Shown piece by piece: positions 45,062-54,327 of a stretch of 64,000 bases of DNA. This DNA comes from an uncultured Bacilli bacterium (lineage in GTDB: Bacteria; Bacillota_I; Bacilli_A; RF39; UBA660). Both the position numbers and the translations under genes were made by a program. The notes beneath the pieces were generated by a model, which saw only the letters and a program-made list of their open reading frames with translations, was not told the DNA's origin and searched no databases. The stretch covers positions 13,882 through 77,881 of the forward strand of contig CANQQV010000007.1 in assembly GCA_947626095.1 (NCBI GenBank), read 5' to 3'. Within the stretch, counting starts at the first letter, position 1; the number at the start of each line of letters is the position of its first letter.

Positions 45062-45074
45062 TATAGAGTGCTAA
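45048..45074. promoter_or_regulatory. CIRCE operator (HrcA binding site)
   Basis: TTAGCACTT-gtcaatata-GAGTGCTAA compared with the consensus TTAGCACTC-N9-GAGTGCTAA: one mismatch. It overlaps the clpB promoter. Confidence 0.8.
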
Positions 45075-45092
45075 TTTTTATAGATAAAAAAA

Positions 45093-45809
45093 CTATTTCA
45101 AAGTATACTTCAAAATAGCTTCTTCTACTTCTTTAGGATGCGTAGCTCCTATATTGTGTTTACCACCTTTAATAAGATCTATATTATCTTTATAATCTTT
45201 ACCTAAGTAATCTATTACTTTATGCGGATTAACTTGTTCATCTTCATCCCCATAGATAATTACAAAATCTTTTTTTGGCAATTCTTTTACTTCTTCTTCT
45301 AAATCTTCTCTAACAATCGATTGATATGACTTACGTAAAAACTTTGTCCCATAAACCATTTCATTAGTTTTTAAAATATGAATTACATAAAAATCTCTCA
45401 AGCAATTTCGTATACCCTGTAAAGCTTGTGGTGTTTTAATAAAACTTTTACTCTTCTTTGTTGTTCTAATGATAGCTGGTGATACTAAAATAAGTTTTTG
45501 GGAAGCGTTAAACTTTGTCTTATATCTAATCGCTACACTTCCGCCAAAACTATAACCTAAGATATAATCTATATCTAAATTATTATCTATTATATATTTA
45601 TTAATATAATCAGCATAGTCATTTAAATCCCAACCTTTATCTGGTTCAGCCTCCCCACAAAATCCTGGTAAATTTAACTTATATACGTTATAGTTTTTCT
45701 CTAATCTTTTAACTAATTCTTCTCTATTGTGCCATGCATCAGTTTCTTTAGTTTGCGAAGTATAATTTTGATAATTCCAACCATGAATTAATAAAATAGA
45801 TTTTTTCAT
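45093..45809 (-). CDS. Alpha/beta-fold hydrolase
   Basis: 238 aa. Nucleophile elbow GYSFGG. A late His (GGKHNIG) fits a Ser-Asp-His layout. RBS AAGGGGGA. Confidence 0.65.
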   Translation of the reverse strand: MKKSILLIHGWNYQNYTSQTKETDAWHNREELVKRLEKNYNVYKLNLPGFCGEAEPDKGWDLNDYADYINKYIIDNNLDIDYILGYSFGGSVAIRYKTKFNASQKLILVSPAIIRTTKKSKSFIKTPQALQGIRNCLRDFYVIHILKTNEMVYGTKFLRKSYQSIVREDLEEEVKELPKKDFVIIYGDEDEQVNPHKVIDYLGKDYKDNIDLIKGGKHNIGATHPKEVEEAILKYTLK

Positions 45810-45811
45810 AA

Positions 45812-47227
45812 CTAATCCCCCTTATAAGGAATAATTCGATAAGTATCATTTTCTAAACTTAGTAAATTTTCTTCTTCTACTTTATCATAATCTCTAAAAT
45901 AACCACTATAATGATAGAAAATTATTCCTTTATAATTATTCATAAAATTATGATTTTTAACAACGACAACATTCTTATAATCTTTTAATATTTTCAAATA
46001 TTCTATATCATCAAACAAATAAACTTTATCAAAATTTGGAAATAATTCTGGTACCTTTTCAAAACGATCTGTATTTTCTGCTGAACCAAATTTTCTAATT
46101 ACTAATATCTTCTTTTTATATTTATTCTTACTTAATTGTTTTAATCTTTCATAAGTAGTTACATCCCCATCAAAGAATACTTGTTTACCAAAAATATTTA
46201 CTTTATTTATTCTATTCTCTACTGGTACATAACTATTTAAAGCCTCTACTATATTTTTCTTATTAACTCCTAAATACTTCCCTACTTTATAAGCTAAAGC
46301 ATATTGTAAAAGTGATAAGTCTGTAAGTAAATAAGGTTTTATATAATGACCTTCAATCATAAAGCCATCATCTTTATAAGATACATTCGTATTAAACGTT
46401 AATAACTCCTCTAAATTAGAAGTAAATAACTTCTTATCATCATAATAGATATCTTTATCTCTTAAACTGATTCTTTTAATATATTTATCTTTAATATTAT
46501 AAAAACCTACTTTAGCATTTCTAAATATCTCTGCTTTATTTATGGCTAAATCCTCTATTGTATCCATTCCATCTTTATGTAAATGTGATGAATCTAATTG
46601 TAAAAAGCAAGCCACATCTGGTTTAAGTAATGTACTTAATACTTTAACATGATCTTTAAAATAAATTGAATTTTCTAATACCACATACTCAGTATCCCTT
46701 TTAAGTAGATTTATAATATGTGCTTTAAGTAAAATTGGTGTAATTCTTTTATGATATATACGCTCTACTTTATATTTTTTTGCTAAAACTTTTTCTATTA
46801 AACCAACACTAGTGGTTTTACCTACACTACCTGTAACTGCTACGACCTTTGGTTTTACTTCCCTTAATACATGTTCATACAATTTATCTATTTCTTCTAA
46901 TATATTATCTACTACTAAGTAATTATATTTTTCATTATCAAATAACGATAACATATCTTTTTCAATAACATATGTATATTCGGGATGTTTCTCCATTATC
47001 TCTTTTATCTTTGGGCGATAATCAACGTAATTAGGCACCCAACCATCTTCAATATCATATTGGGTAAAATAAATTGGGAAAAACAAGATATTTTTAGCTT
47101 CTTTTTCATATTGCTCATCTAAATAAACAATTCTTAAATAATCAAAAACAATATCTTTATCGTTAAGATGTTCATCAATAATACTACATATTTTCTTTAA
47201 TTCATATAATGAATACTTATTGGTCAT
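45812..47227 (-). CDS. Mur ligase family protein (MurF-like)
   Basis: 471 aa. ATP-binding P-loop VAVTGSVGKTTS about 130 aa from the N-terminus. The rest is too divergent for me to assign a substrate. Confidence 0.5.
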   Translation of the reverse strand: MTNKYSLYELKKICSIIDEHLNDKDIVFDYLRIVYLDEQYEKEAKNILFFPIYFTQYDIEDGWVPNYVDYRPKIKEIMEKHPEYTYVIEKDMLSLFDNEKYNYLVVDNILEEIDKLYEHVLREVKPKVVAVTGSVGKTTSVGLIEKVLAKKYKVERIYHKRITPILLKAHIINLLKRDTEYVVLENSIYFKDHVKVLSTLLKPDVACFLQLDSSHLHKDGMDTIEDLAINKAEIFRNAKVGFYNIKDKYIKRISLRDKDIYYDDKKLFTSNLEELLTFNTNVSYKDDGFMIEGHYIKPYLLTDLSLLQYALAYKVGKYLGVNKKNIVEALNSYVPVENRINKVNIFGKQVFFDGDVTTYERLKQLSKNKYKKKILVIRKFGSAENTDRFEKVPELFPNFDKVYLFDDIEYLKILKDYKNVVVVKNHNFMNNYKGIIFYHYSGYFRDYDKVEEENLLSLENDTYRIIPYKGD

Positions 47228-47251
47228 TAAACCATCTCTTTCATTAATATT

Positions 47252-47260
47252 ATTATAACA
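47252..47260 (-). promoter_or_regulatory. Extended -10 element (TGTTATAAT) upstream of the Mur-ligase-like gene
   Basis: Minus-strand TGtTATAAT lies immediately after the leuS terminator T-run, about 25 nt from the ATG at 47227. Confidence 0.4.
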
Positions 47261-47291
47261 AAAAAGTAGATTTAATTCCTTTAAATCTACT
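47260..47291 (-). terminator. Intrinsic terminator after leuS
   Basis: Minus strand reads AGTAGATTTA-aaggaat-TAAATCTACT followed by TTTTTT (10-bp stem). Confidence 0.65.
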
Positions 47292-47300
47292 TTTTACTTT

Positions 47301-49721
47301 CTACTTAACGACAATATTAACTATTTTACCTTTAACAACTATTACTTTAACAACTTCTTTACCTTCCATAAACTTAATTACATTAGGTTCAGCCATTGCT
47401 TTAGCTTTAACACTTTCTTCATCTTCATCAACACTAATTGTAATAGAAGCTCTTAATTTACCATTTACTTGAACGCCAATTGTTCTTTCATTATCTACCG
47501 TTTTAGCTTCATCATAAGTTGGCCACTTACTATTACATATAGGTTCATAACCAATTTGTTCATTTAGTTCTTCTGTAACATGTGGTGCTAAAGGATTTAA
47601 TAATGTTAATAAGACATGATAATCTTCTTTCGTGATACTTTCTTTATCATCATAAGCATTAGCTAAAATCATTAAAGTTGAAACAACCGTATTATAAGCC
47701 ATATGGGTTAAATCATATTCAACCTTTTTAATACTCTTATGAATTAAACTTTCTAAGTCTTTAGAATATTCTTTACCATCTACTACTTTATCTTTTAATC
47801 TAACTACTTTATCAATAAAACGTTTACATCCTCTTAATGAATCAGTACTCCATGGAGCATCTTGTTCATAATCACCCATAAACATTTCATAAACTCTTAA
47901 AGTATCGGCCCCATATTCTTTAACAATATCATCAGGATTTATAACATTGCCTTTTGACTTACTCATCTTTTCATTATTAGAACCTAATACCATACCATGA
48001 CTAACTCTTGTCCATATCATTTCTTTATTAGGTACTAAGCCAATATTGTATAAGAATTGGACCCAGAATCTTGCATATAATAAGTGTCTTGCAGTATGTT
48101 CCATCCCACCATTATACCAATCTACTCTATTCCAATACTTCATGGCATCCATTGAAGCAAATTCTTTATCATTATGCGCATCCATAAATCTTAAGAAGTA
48201 CCAACTAGATCCTGCCCAGTTAGGCATTGTATCTGTTTCTCTTCTCGCTTTACCACCACAACAAGGACAAGTGGTATTAACCCAATCAGTTATATTAGCT
48301 AATGGACTTTCTCCATCTTCAGTTGGTTCATACTCTGCTACATCTGGTAATAACAATGGTAAATCTTTTTCATCCATTGGTTGCCATCCACATTTTTCAC
48401 AATATATCATTGGAATTGGTTCACCCCAGAATCTTTGTCTAGAGAAGATCCAATCACGCATCTTGTAATTATTTACAACACGTCCAATACCTTTTTCTTC
48501 TAACATCTTCGTTAAAGCTTCTTTAGCTTCTTTAACTGTTAAACCACTATATTCTTCAGAATTAACTAATCTGGCCTCTGGATTTTCTAAATAATCATAT
48601 TTTTCATAAGCTTTTTCTTCTAAGTTACCACCCGTAATAACTTCTACTATTTCTAGGTTATGAACTTTAGCATATTCATAATCTCTTTGATCATGAGCTG
48701 GAACAGCCATAACTGCTCCTGTTCCATAATCACCTAAGACAAAGTCACCTAAGAAAATAGGAACTTCTTTACCAGTAACTGGATTAATTGCTTTAATACC
48801 TTTAACTTCAACACCAGTCTTACCTTTATTTAATTCTGTACGATCCATATTAGATTTCTTACTAGTTTCTTCTATATAAGCTAATACTTCATCTTTATTT
48901 TCTACTCTTGGCATTAATTCTTTAATTAATTTACCATCTGGTGCAATAACAAAGAATGTAATACCATAAATCGTTTCAATACAAGTTGTAAATATTGAAA
49001 ATTTACCACCACCAACGATATCGACATCTACTTCAACACCAGTTGATTTACCAATCCAATTTATTTGGCCTAATTTAACTTTTTCAGCAAAATTTGTATC
49101 ATCTAAGCCCTTTAATAAGTCTTCAGCATAATCACTCATTCTTAACATCCATTGCGCTTTTTCTTTTTGAATAACTGGACTACCACAACGTTCACAAACA
49201 CCACCAGCTGCATCTTCATTAGACAATACTGATTTACAAGTAGGACACCAGTTTACTGGAATTGTATCTTTATAAGCCATTCCATGTTTATAAAATTGTA
49301 AAAATTGCCACTGTGTCCATTTATAATACTCTGGATCAGTTGTTGAAAACTCTCTACTCCAATCAAAAGAAAAACCGATACTCTTCATTTGATTCTTAAA
49401 AGTTACAATATTTTCTTTAACTGCTTCTTTAGGATGAATATGATTTTTAATCGCATATTGTTCAGCCGGTGCGCCAAATGCATCCCATCCCATTGGATAT
49501 AAAACATTTAATCCTTGCATTCTTTTCATTCTGGCAATCGCATCTTGGGCCGTATAACTTCTAACATGTCCAACATGTAAACCAGATCCACTTGGATAAG
49601 GAAACTCTACTAAGATATAGTATGGTTTCTTACTCTTATCCCCATTTTTAGCTTCAAAAGTATGATTATCATCCCAATACTTTTGCCACTTTTTTTCTAT
49701 TTCTGTAAAATTATATTCCAT
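47301..49721 (-). CDS. leuS: Leucine--tRNA ligase
   Basis: About 806 aa from the ATG at 49721 (MEYNFTEIEKKWQKYW). HVGH (HIGH-type), KMSKSKGN, CP1 editing region FTTCIETIYGITF.. and VPAHDQRDYEYA. Confidence 0.95.
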   Translation of the reverse strand: MEYNFTEIEKKWQKYWDDNHTFEAKNGDKSKKPYYILVEFPYPSGSGLHVGHVRSYTAQDAIARMKRMQGLNVLYPMGWDAFGAPAEQYAIKNHIHPKEAVKENIVTFKNQMKSIGFSFDWSREFSTTDPEYYKWTQWQFLQFYKHGMAYKDTIPVNWCPTCKSVLSNEDAAGGVCERCGSPVIQKEKAQWMLRMSDYAEDLLKGLDDTNFAEKVKLGQINWIGKSTGVEVDVDIVGGGKFSIFTTCIETIYGITFFVIAPDGKLIKELMPRVENKDEVLAYIEETSKKSNMDRTELNKGKTGVEVKGIKAINPVTGKEVPIFLGDFVLGDYGTGAVMAVPAHDQRDYEYAKVHNLEIVEVITGGNLEEKAYEKYDYLENPEARLVNSEEYSGLTVKEAKEALTKMLEEKGIGRVVNNYKMRDWIFSRQRFWGEPIPMIYCEKCGWQPMDEKDLPLLLPDVAEYEPTEDGESPLANITDWVNTTCPCCGGKARRETDTMPNWAGSSWYFLRFMDAHNDKEFASMDAMKYWNRVDWYNGGMEHTARHLLYARFWVQFLYNIGLVPNKEMIWTRVSHGMVLGSNNEKMSKSKGNVINPDDIVKEYGADTLRVYEMFMGDYEQDAPWSTDSLRGCKRFIDKVVRLKDKVVDGKEYSKDLESLIHKSIKKVEYDLTHMAYNTVVSTLMILANAYDDKESITKEDYHVLLTLLNPLAPHVTEELNEQIGYEPICNSKWPTYDEAKTVDNERTIGVQVNGKLRASITISVDEDEESVKAKAMAEPNVIKFMEGKEVVKVIVVKGKIVNIVVK

Positions 49722-49735
49722 TTTATTCACTCTTT

Positions 49736-50590
49736 CTAATTATGTTCTTTTAACCATTCTAAGATTACTTTAGTTGCTTCTTTTCTCTTTAAGCCATTAA
49801 CCAGCTCTGAATTAACTAAAATACCATCTTTAACAATTACTCTATCTTGCATTGCATATTCATAAGTCTTATGATGTAATTCATCTTTTATTTCTTTTAA
49901 AACGGTATCTTTATCTACCCATTCAACACTAAATACTTCATCTTCATCTAAATTCTGTTTATCTTTTTTACTATTTACTAATTTAAATAAGAAACCAGTA
50001 CATTCGATATTAAAGTATTTATCTTTATTAAAAGCATAATAATGATGATTTATTTTAGGCACTTCTTTTAAGAGTTTTAACTTACTATAACCTGTTTCTT
50101 CTTTTACTTCTCTTAAAGCACAATCTAATGGACTTTCTCCTTCTTTAATTGTTCCACCAATAAATAAACGTCCACCTTTTTCATGCCAATTAATTGTGAG
50201 GTATTTATCATTATCTTCATCATAAACTATTGCTACTATTGAATTTTTCTTAAATTCATTATCGTGAGGTTTACCAGTTACTTCTTCTATTACTTGTTTT
50301 ATTTCTATCTTATGCTTAACAGCATATTCATAATCTTCTTCATTATGTAAAGGTACTCCTCCTTTAGCTTCTTCTATCTTGCTATCTATATATATGGGAA
50401 CCTTACAATCATTTATCGGATTAATTGCGTATAACTTCGTAAATCCCTCTTTAACTTTCGTCTCTAAATCTTTATTAGATCTAAGTAAAATATAACTAAC
50501 ACCATATAAAGTATCTACTTCTTTAACTGGTATTTCTAATACTTTATCACTATTTTCTACTTTAAATTTAACTACTTTACTTTTTGTCAT
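49736..50590 (-). CDS. Fusion of a LeuRS CP1-fragment-like N-domain and a NUDIX hydrolase domain
   Basis: 284 aa. N-terminal VDTLYGVSYILL and AINPINDCKVPIYI..GGVPLHNEEDYEYAVKHKIEIKQVI parallel ETIYGITFFVIAP and AINPVTGKEVPIFL..AVPAHDQRDYEYAKVHNLEIVEVI of the adjacent LeuRS. Perfect Nudix box GGTIKEGESPLDCALREVKEETGY. Confidence 0.7.
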   Translation of the reverse strand: MTKSKVVKFKVENSDKVLEIPVKEVDTLYGVSYILLRSNKDLETKVKEGFTKLYAINPINDCKVPIYIDSKIEEAKGGVPLHNEEDYEYAVKHKIEIKQVIEEVTGKPHDNEFKKNSIVAIVYDEDNDKYLTINWHEKGGRLFIGGTIKEGESPLDCALREVKEETGYSKLKLLKEVPKINHHYYAFNKDKYFNIECTGFLFKLVNSKKDKQNLDEDEVFSVEWVDKDTVLKEIKDELHHKTYEYAMQDRVIVKDGILVNSELVNGLKRKEATKVILEWLKEHN

Positions 50591-50945
50591 TTTCTTTACC
50601 CCATTTTTTATTTAGATATTTACCATATCCAAAATACATACTAAAGATTAAAATTAAAATAATAACAAACGCAATTAATAATTTAATGCCAATAAACCAA
50701 CTATCTGGTAATAAACCAATTACTGTTATTGTAAAAGCTATAATAAAAGCATTAATAATAGCAATTGTATTTAACAACTTACGATAATTCATTTTCTTTT
50801 TATCTAAATTAAATTTTTTCGTTATAATTACTAACTCAGATATCTTTGTATACTTTTCTTTCTTGAGCATATCATCGAAAATAAAGTAATAAACAAAGTA
50901 TACAACCATAAAGACGATTAAAAAGAAGACTAAATCAAACATCAT
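50577..50945 (-). CDS. Small membrane protein, first gene of the T-box-controlled leuS operon
   Basis: 122 aa with 3 predicted TM helices. RBS AGTGAGG. Overlaps the next gene by 14 nt. Confidence 0.5.
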   Translation of the reverse strand: MMFDLVFFLIVFMVVYFVYYFIFDDMLKKEKYTKISELVIITKKFNLDKKKMNYRKLLNTIAIINAFIIAFTITVIGLLPDSWFIGIKLLIAFVIILILIFSMYFGYGKYLNKKWGKENDKK

Positions 50946-51165
50946 AAAACCTCACTTTCCAAAATAAAAGACATCTTCGTATAAGGACGAAAATGTCGTG
51001 GTACCACCTTAATTTCTGATATAAATCAGCTTTAAATTGATAACGGAATTACCCTCAAAGCTCCAAAAGCAAGTTCAGATATCTATCATCCTAATTTTCA
51101 CCATCCATTAGGTCTCTATAATGAATTAATATCCTACTACTCTTTCTTCATCACTTAAAATATAT
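50946..51165 (-). promoter_or_regulatory. T-box riboswitch leader (probable Leu specifier CUU)
   Basis: The minus strand has Stem I elements (AGAGUAGUAGG, UAGAGA.., GGUGAAA), the candidate specifier loop GAACUUGC (CUU at 51071-51073), the T-box AAGGUGGUACCACG (50997-51008), and the terminator GACATTTTCGT-ccttat-ACGAAGATGTC plus TTTTATTTT (50961-50997). Confidence 0.8.
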
Positions 51166-51172
51166 TAAATGT

Positions 51173-51201
51173 ATTATAAAATATCTTTATTTTTAAATCA
51201 A
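51173..51201 (-). promoter_or_regulatory. Sigma-A promoter TTGATT-17-TATAAT for the Leu T-box leader
   Basis: Minus strand reads TTGATT taaaaataaagatattt TATAAT, directly downstream of the preceding ORF's stop. Confidence 0.55.
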
Positions 51202-51207
51202 GAACAA

Positions 51208-51708
51208 TTAATGACTCATTGTTGGTGCTGAATCATCATAATCAATTCCAAGTTTATTTGCATACACTGATAATTCATATGAAACATATGCATCATCATA
51301 ATAACCGATATTTTTTAAATAAGTAAAGTATGCAGCAGCTGCTTGCATCTTTCTTAAATCACATGTATCTTTATCTATTTTACCAGCTTTAAGCTCTTCT
51401 GTTGCTTCAGCTACTCTTCTATCGAACATACTCATATGAAGTCCATTAGTTAATATATGATGAATTCCAATTATTGTCCCTGATATCGGTCCATGTTTTT
51501 GAATTGCAAATCTCATTTTATTCTTAATATTTTCTGTATATGTAGCATAAGCATCTACAGGTCCCTGTGTTGGTGAGTGAACACTACCTCCAGCAGGAGC
51601 TGCAAACGGATTAACTACATGGCCATTAACCATTATTTTACCAGAACGGCTTACTGGCATTCCACCCATCATACCTCTTCTAGGTCCTCTTGGTCCTCTT
51701 GGTGGCAT
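51208..51708 (-). CDS. Hypothetical protein with an Arg/Gly/Pro-rich N-terminus
   Basis: 166 aa. MPPRGPRGPRRGMMGGMP.. then a globular domain. RBS AAGGGGA. No family recognised. Confidence 0.45.
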   Translation of the reverse strand: MPPRGPRGPRRGMMGGMPVSRSGKIMVNGHVVNPFAAPAGGSVHSPTQGPVDAYATYTENIKNKMRFAIQKHGPISGTIIGIHHILTNGLHMSMFDRRVAEATEELKAGKIDKDTCDLRKMQAAAAYFTYLKNIGYYDDAYVSYELSVYANKLGIDYDDSAPTMSH

Positions 51709-51746
51709 AAAATCATCCCCTTACTACCGCTATTATAAACACAAAA

Positions 51747-54227
51747 CTAAATTTGTGCAACATACTCTAATAATTTCATAAACATATTAACGAATTTCTT
51801 ATCCAAACCTACTTTATGTAAGTTTCTTATTTCTACACGTTTTCGATCAATACTCATATTAGAGAAGACTATTTTACCAATTTGTTCTTTTAATATTGTC
51901 TTAATTTGTAAATCAGAAATAATTGAATCAATATCTTCATTAATTAATCTAACTGCATCTATTTCAATATCTTTACCTTTACAATTAATTGTTAATTGTT
52001 TAGTCGTTGGAACATCATTAACTTCAACAATAAAATCAGTATCTTCAATATAACAATCTCTATCTACTTTTTCATTATCTATATATACAATAACATCATT
52101 AGCTTCTCTTGTATTTCTAAATCTAATACGATAATTTCTCTTAGCTGGTACAATACCTGTCTTACCTTCTACTGGTCTAATAATCATTGTATAGTTATTA
52201 GCCATATAGTTATAATCAACTCTTGTAAGTAAGTAATAACCTTCTTTATATAAGTTACTAAATCCATCATCTTCATATAAATTATACTGATTACTCTTAC
52301 CAGGGAAAACATGTATTTCCATTGTCTTAGGACTATTAGTAACATTCATGTTATTTTCTAAATCAGCCATACATATTATTGAACCATCCCTCGCAAACAC
52401 TGGATAATCTTCATCTTTATAGAATAAAATATATCTTTTATTACCTAAATATTTCTTACCTGTCTTAAAATCATACCATGTTCCTTTAGGTAAGAATATT
52501 CTTTCAACTGATCTATTCATAACTTCATCTTTAGGCTTTGTAATTGGTGCTACAAATAATTCAGATCCATAATAATATTCATTTTGATAATCTAATTCAT
52601 CATATATTTCTGGATATTGATAATATACTGGCTGAACTAATGGTAAACCAACTTTGTGATATTTATAAGCTTCTGAATATAAATAAGGTATTAATTTATG
52701 TCTCATTTGACAATATAATCTAACAATATTTAAAGTCTTAACATCCCATTTCCATGGTTCTCTTTTATAATATCTTCCATACTTCGCACTAAATCTAAAT
52801 ATTGGACTAAAAGTTCCATATTGAACATATCTTATATATAATTCTGAATCTTCAATACCATCTTTATATCCGCCAACATCATGACTCCACCATGATAAAC
52901 CTAAATTAGAAGATGTACTATTATAATATGGTAATAACTTTAACGTATTCCAACTAACTAACGTTTCACCACTATAATGGACAGGATATAAATGAGGTGC
53001 ATATGTATTAGCTCTACTAAGTATTAAAGGTCTAACTCCTTCCATCTTATTAAAATCAGTAAAATGATAATAGTTTAAAGCATCATTCGCTGCTTTATCT
53101 TTTAAATTACGATAATTAATCCAAAAGAAGTCAACCCCTATTTTATATAACGGATCAATAAGATTACTTAAATAAGCACTCATTAATTCTTTATCAAAGG
53201 CATTAAACGGAATAGCTTGTTTATCACCAACACCTACTACTTTAGCTATTTCGTCAAACTTTGGTTCATGTGGATGAATACCTTCACTAGGATCTAAACT
53301 AAGTCCTACTCTAACTCCACGATCATGCATATACTTAACAAATTCCGTTGGCTTATAAAATAACTCACGATTAAAAGTAAAACCAGAATTAAATCTCGCC
53401 AAATTATTTTTATCTTTTAAATGCCAATTATCACCAAGTAACAAAATACTCATTGGAATCTTATTACGATTGAAATCCATTAATAACTTTTGCACATCTT
53501 CAAAGTTATACATTTCATTCTTATTCCACCAAATGCCTAAAGCATATCTTGGTATTAAAGGAGGCATTCCCGTTAAAGTAAAATAATTATGTAAACAATT
53601 ACCAAAATCTTTATTATACATAAAGACATATACATCAATACGTTTCTTATCATTAAATATTAAAGAACCATCTTCACCGATTATATTTGAAGCTGAATCA
53701 TCAATTGAAACAAATCCATCAGATGAATATAATCCTTTTGCTTTAGCTACTAACATATCTTCTACTTTTCTTTTAATATGCTTAAAGTCTTGAACTTCAC
53801 TTTCTCCTAAGAAAGGATCGTTTGTTCTATCAATATTAGCTACAATTCCTTTATAATTACGTGCTTCTGGATGACCATAATACCATTCTTTATTATTAGC
53901 ATCTAAAAGTTTAATGCTTAAAATACTATCTGGTGAATATTTATTACCAGCAAAAGACTTCTCTTTTTCATAACGTAAATTAAAATACTTAGTCGTTATA
54001 TCTAATATTCTCTCATTTTGATCTACTTTCATTTGCGGAATCGAAAAATTTCTAAACTTCGCAAATTCTGTTGGCCGATCTTCAAAGTATCCTTCTTCAC
54101 TAAATTCTAATCTAACTAATAAATCACTTAAAACAGTAATACGATAAAATTGTCCTTTAAATACACTTTGTGGTTTACTTATTGCGTTTTGATAATCAGG
54201 TTTAAAATGTTCTCCAAAATTAGCCAT
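51747..54227 (-). CDS. Glycoside hydrolase family 31-like protein
   Basis: About 826 aa from the ATG at 54227 (GGAGG 8 nt upstream). GH31-like blocks GVDFFWINYRN, VHYSGETLVSW and LSWWSHDVGGY. The catalytic positions look substituted (see findings). Confidence 0.7.
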   Translation of the reverse strand: MANFGEHFKPDYQNAISKPQSVFKGQFYRITVLSDLLVRLEFSEEGYFEDRPTEFAKFRNFSIPQMKVDQNERILDITTKYFNLRYEKEKSFAGNKYSPDSILSIKLLDANNKEWYYGHPEARNYKGIVANIDRTNDPFLGESEVQDFKHIKRKVEDMLVAKAKGLYSSDGFVSIDDSASNIIGEDGSLIFNDKKRIDVYVFMYNKDFGNCLHNYFTLTGMPPLIPRYALGIWWNKNEMYNFEDVQKLLMDFNRNKIPMSILLLGDNWHLKDKNNLARFNSGFTFNRELFYKPTEFVKYMHDRGVRVGLSLDPSEGIHPHEPKFDEIAKVVGVGDKQAIPFNAFDKELMSAYLSNLIDPLYKIGVDFFWINYRNLKDKAANDALNYYHFTDFNKMEGVRPLILSRANTYAPHLYPVHYSGETLVSWNTLKLLPYYNSTSSNLGLSWWSHDVGGYKDGIEDSELYIRYVQYGTFSPIFRFSAKYGRYYKREPWKWDVKTLNIVRLYCQMRHKLIPYLYSEAYKYHKVGLPLVQPVYYQYPEIYDELDYQNEYYYGSELFVAPITKPKDEVMNRSVERIFLPKGTWYDFKTGKKYLGNKRYILFYKDEDYPVFARDGSIICMADLENNMNVTNSPKTMEIHVFPGKSNQYNLYEDDGFSNLYKEGYYLLTRVDYNYMANNYTMIIRPVEGKTGIVPAKRNYRIRFRNTREANDVIVYIDNEKVDRDCYIEDTDFIVEVNDVPTTKQLTINCKGKDIEIDAVRLINEDIDSIISDLQIKTILKEQIGKIVFSNMSIDRKRVEIRNLHKVGLDKKFVNMFMKLLEYVAQI

Positions 54228-54327
54228 CTTTAACGCCTCCATTTTATTCTAATCACTATCATTATATCAAAAATAATAATTTATTACATCAAAAAACATT
54301 ATGTTATAATACTACTTGGTGAAAACA

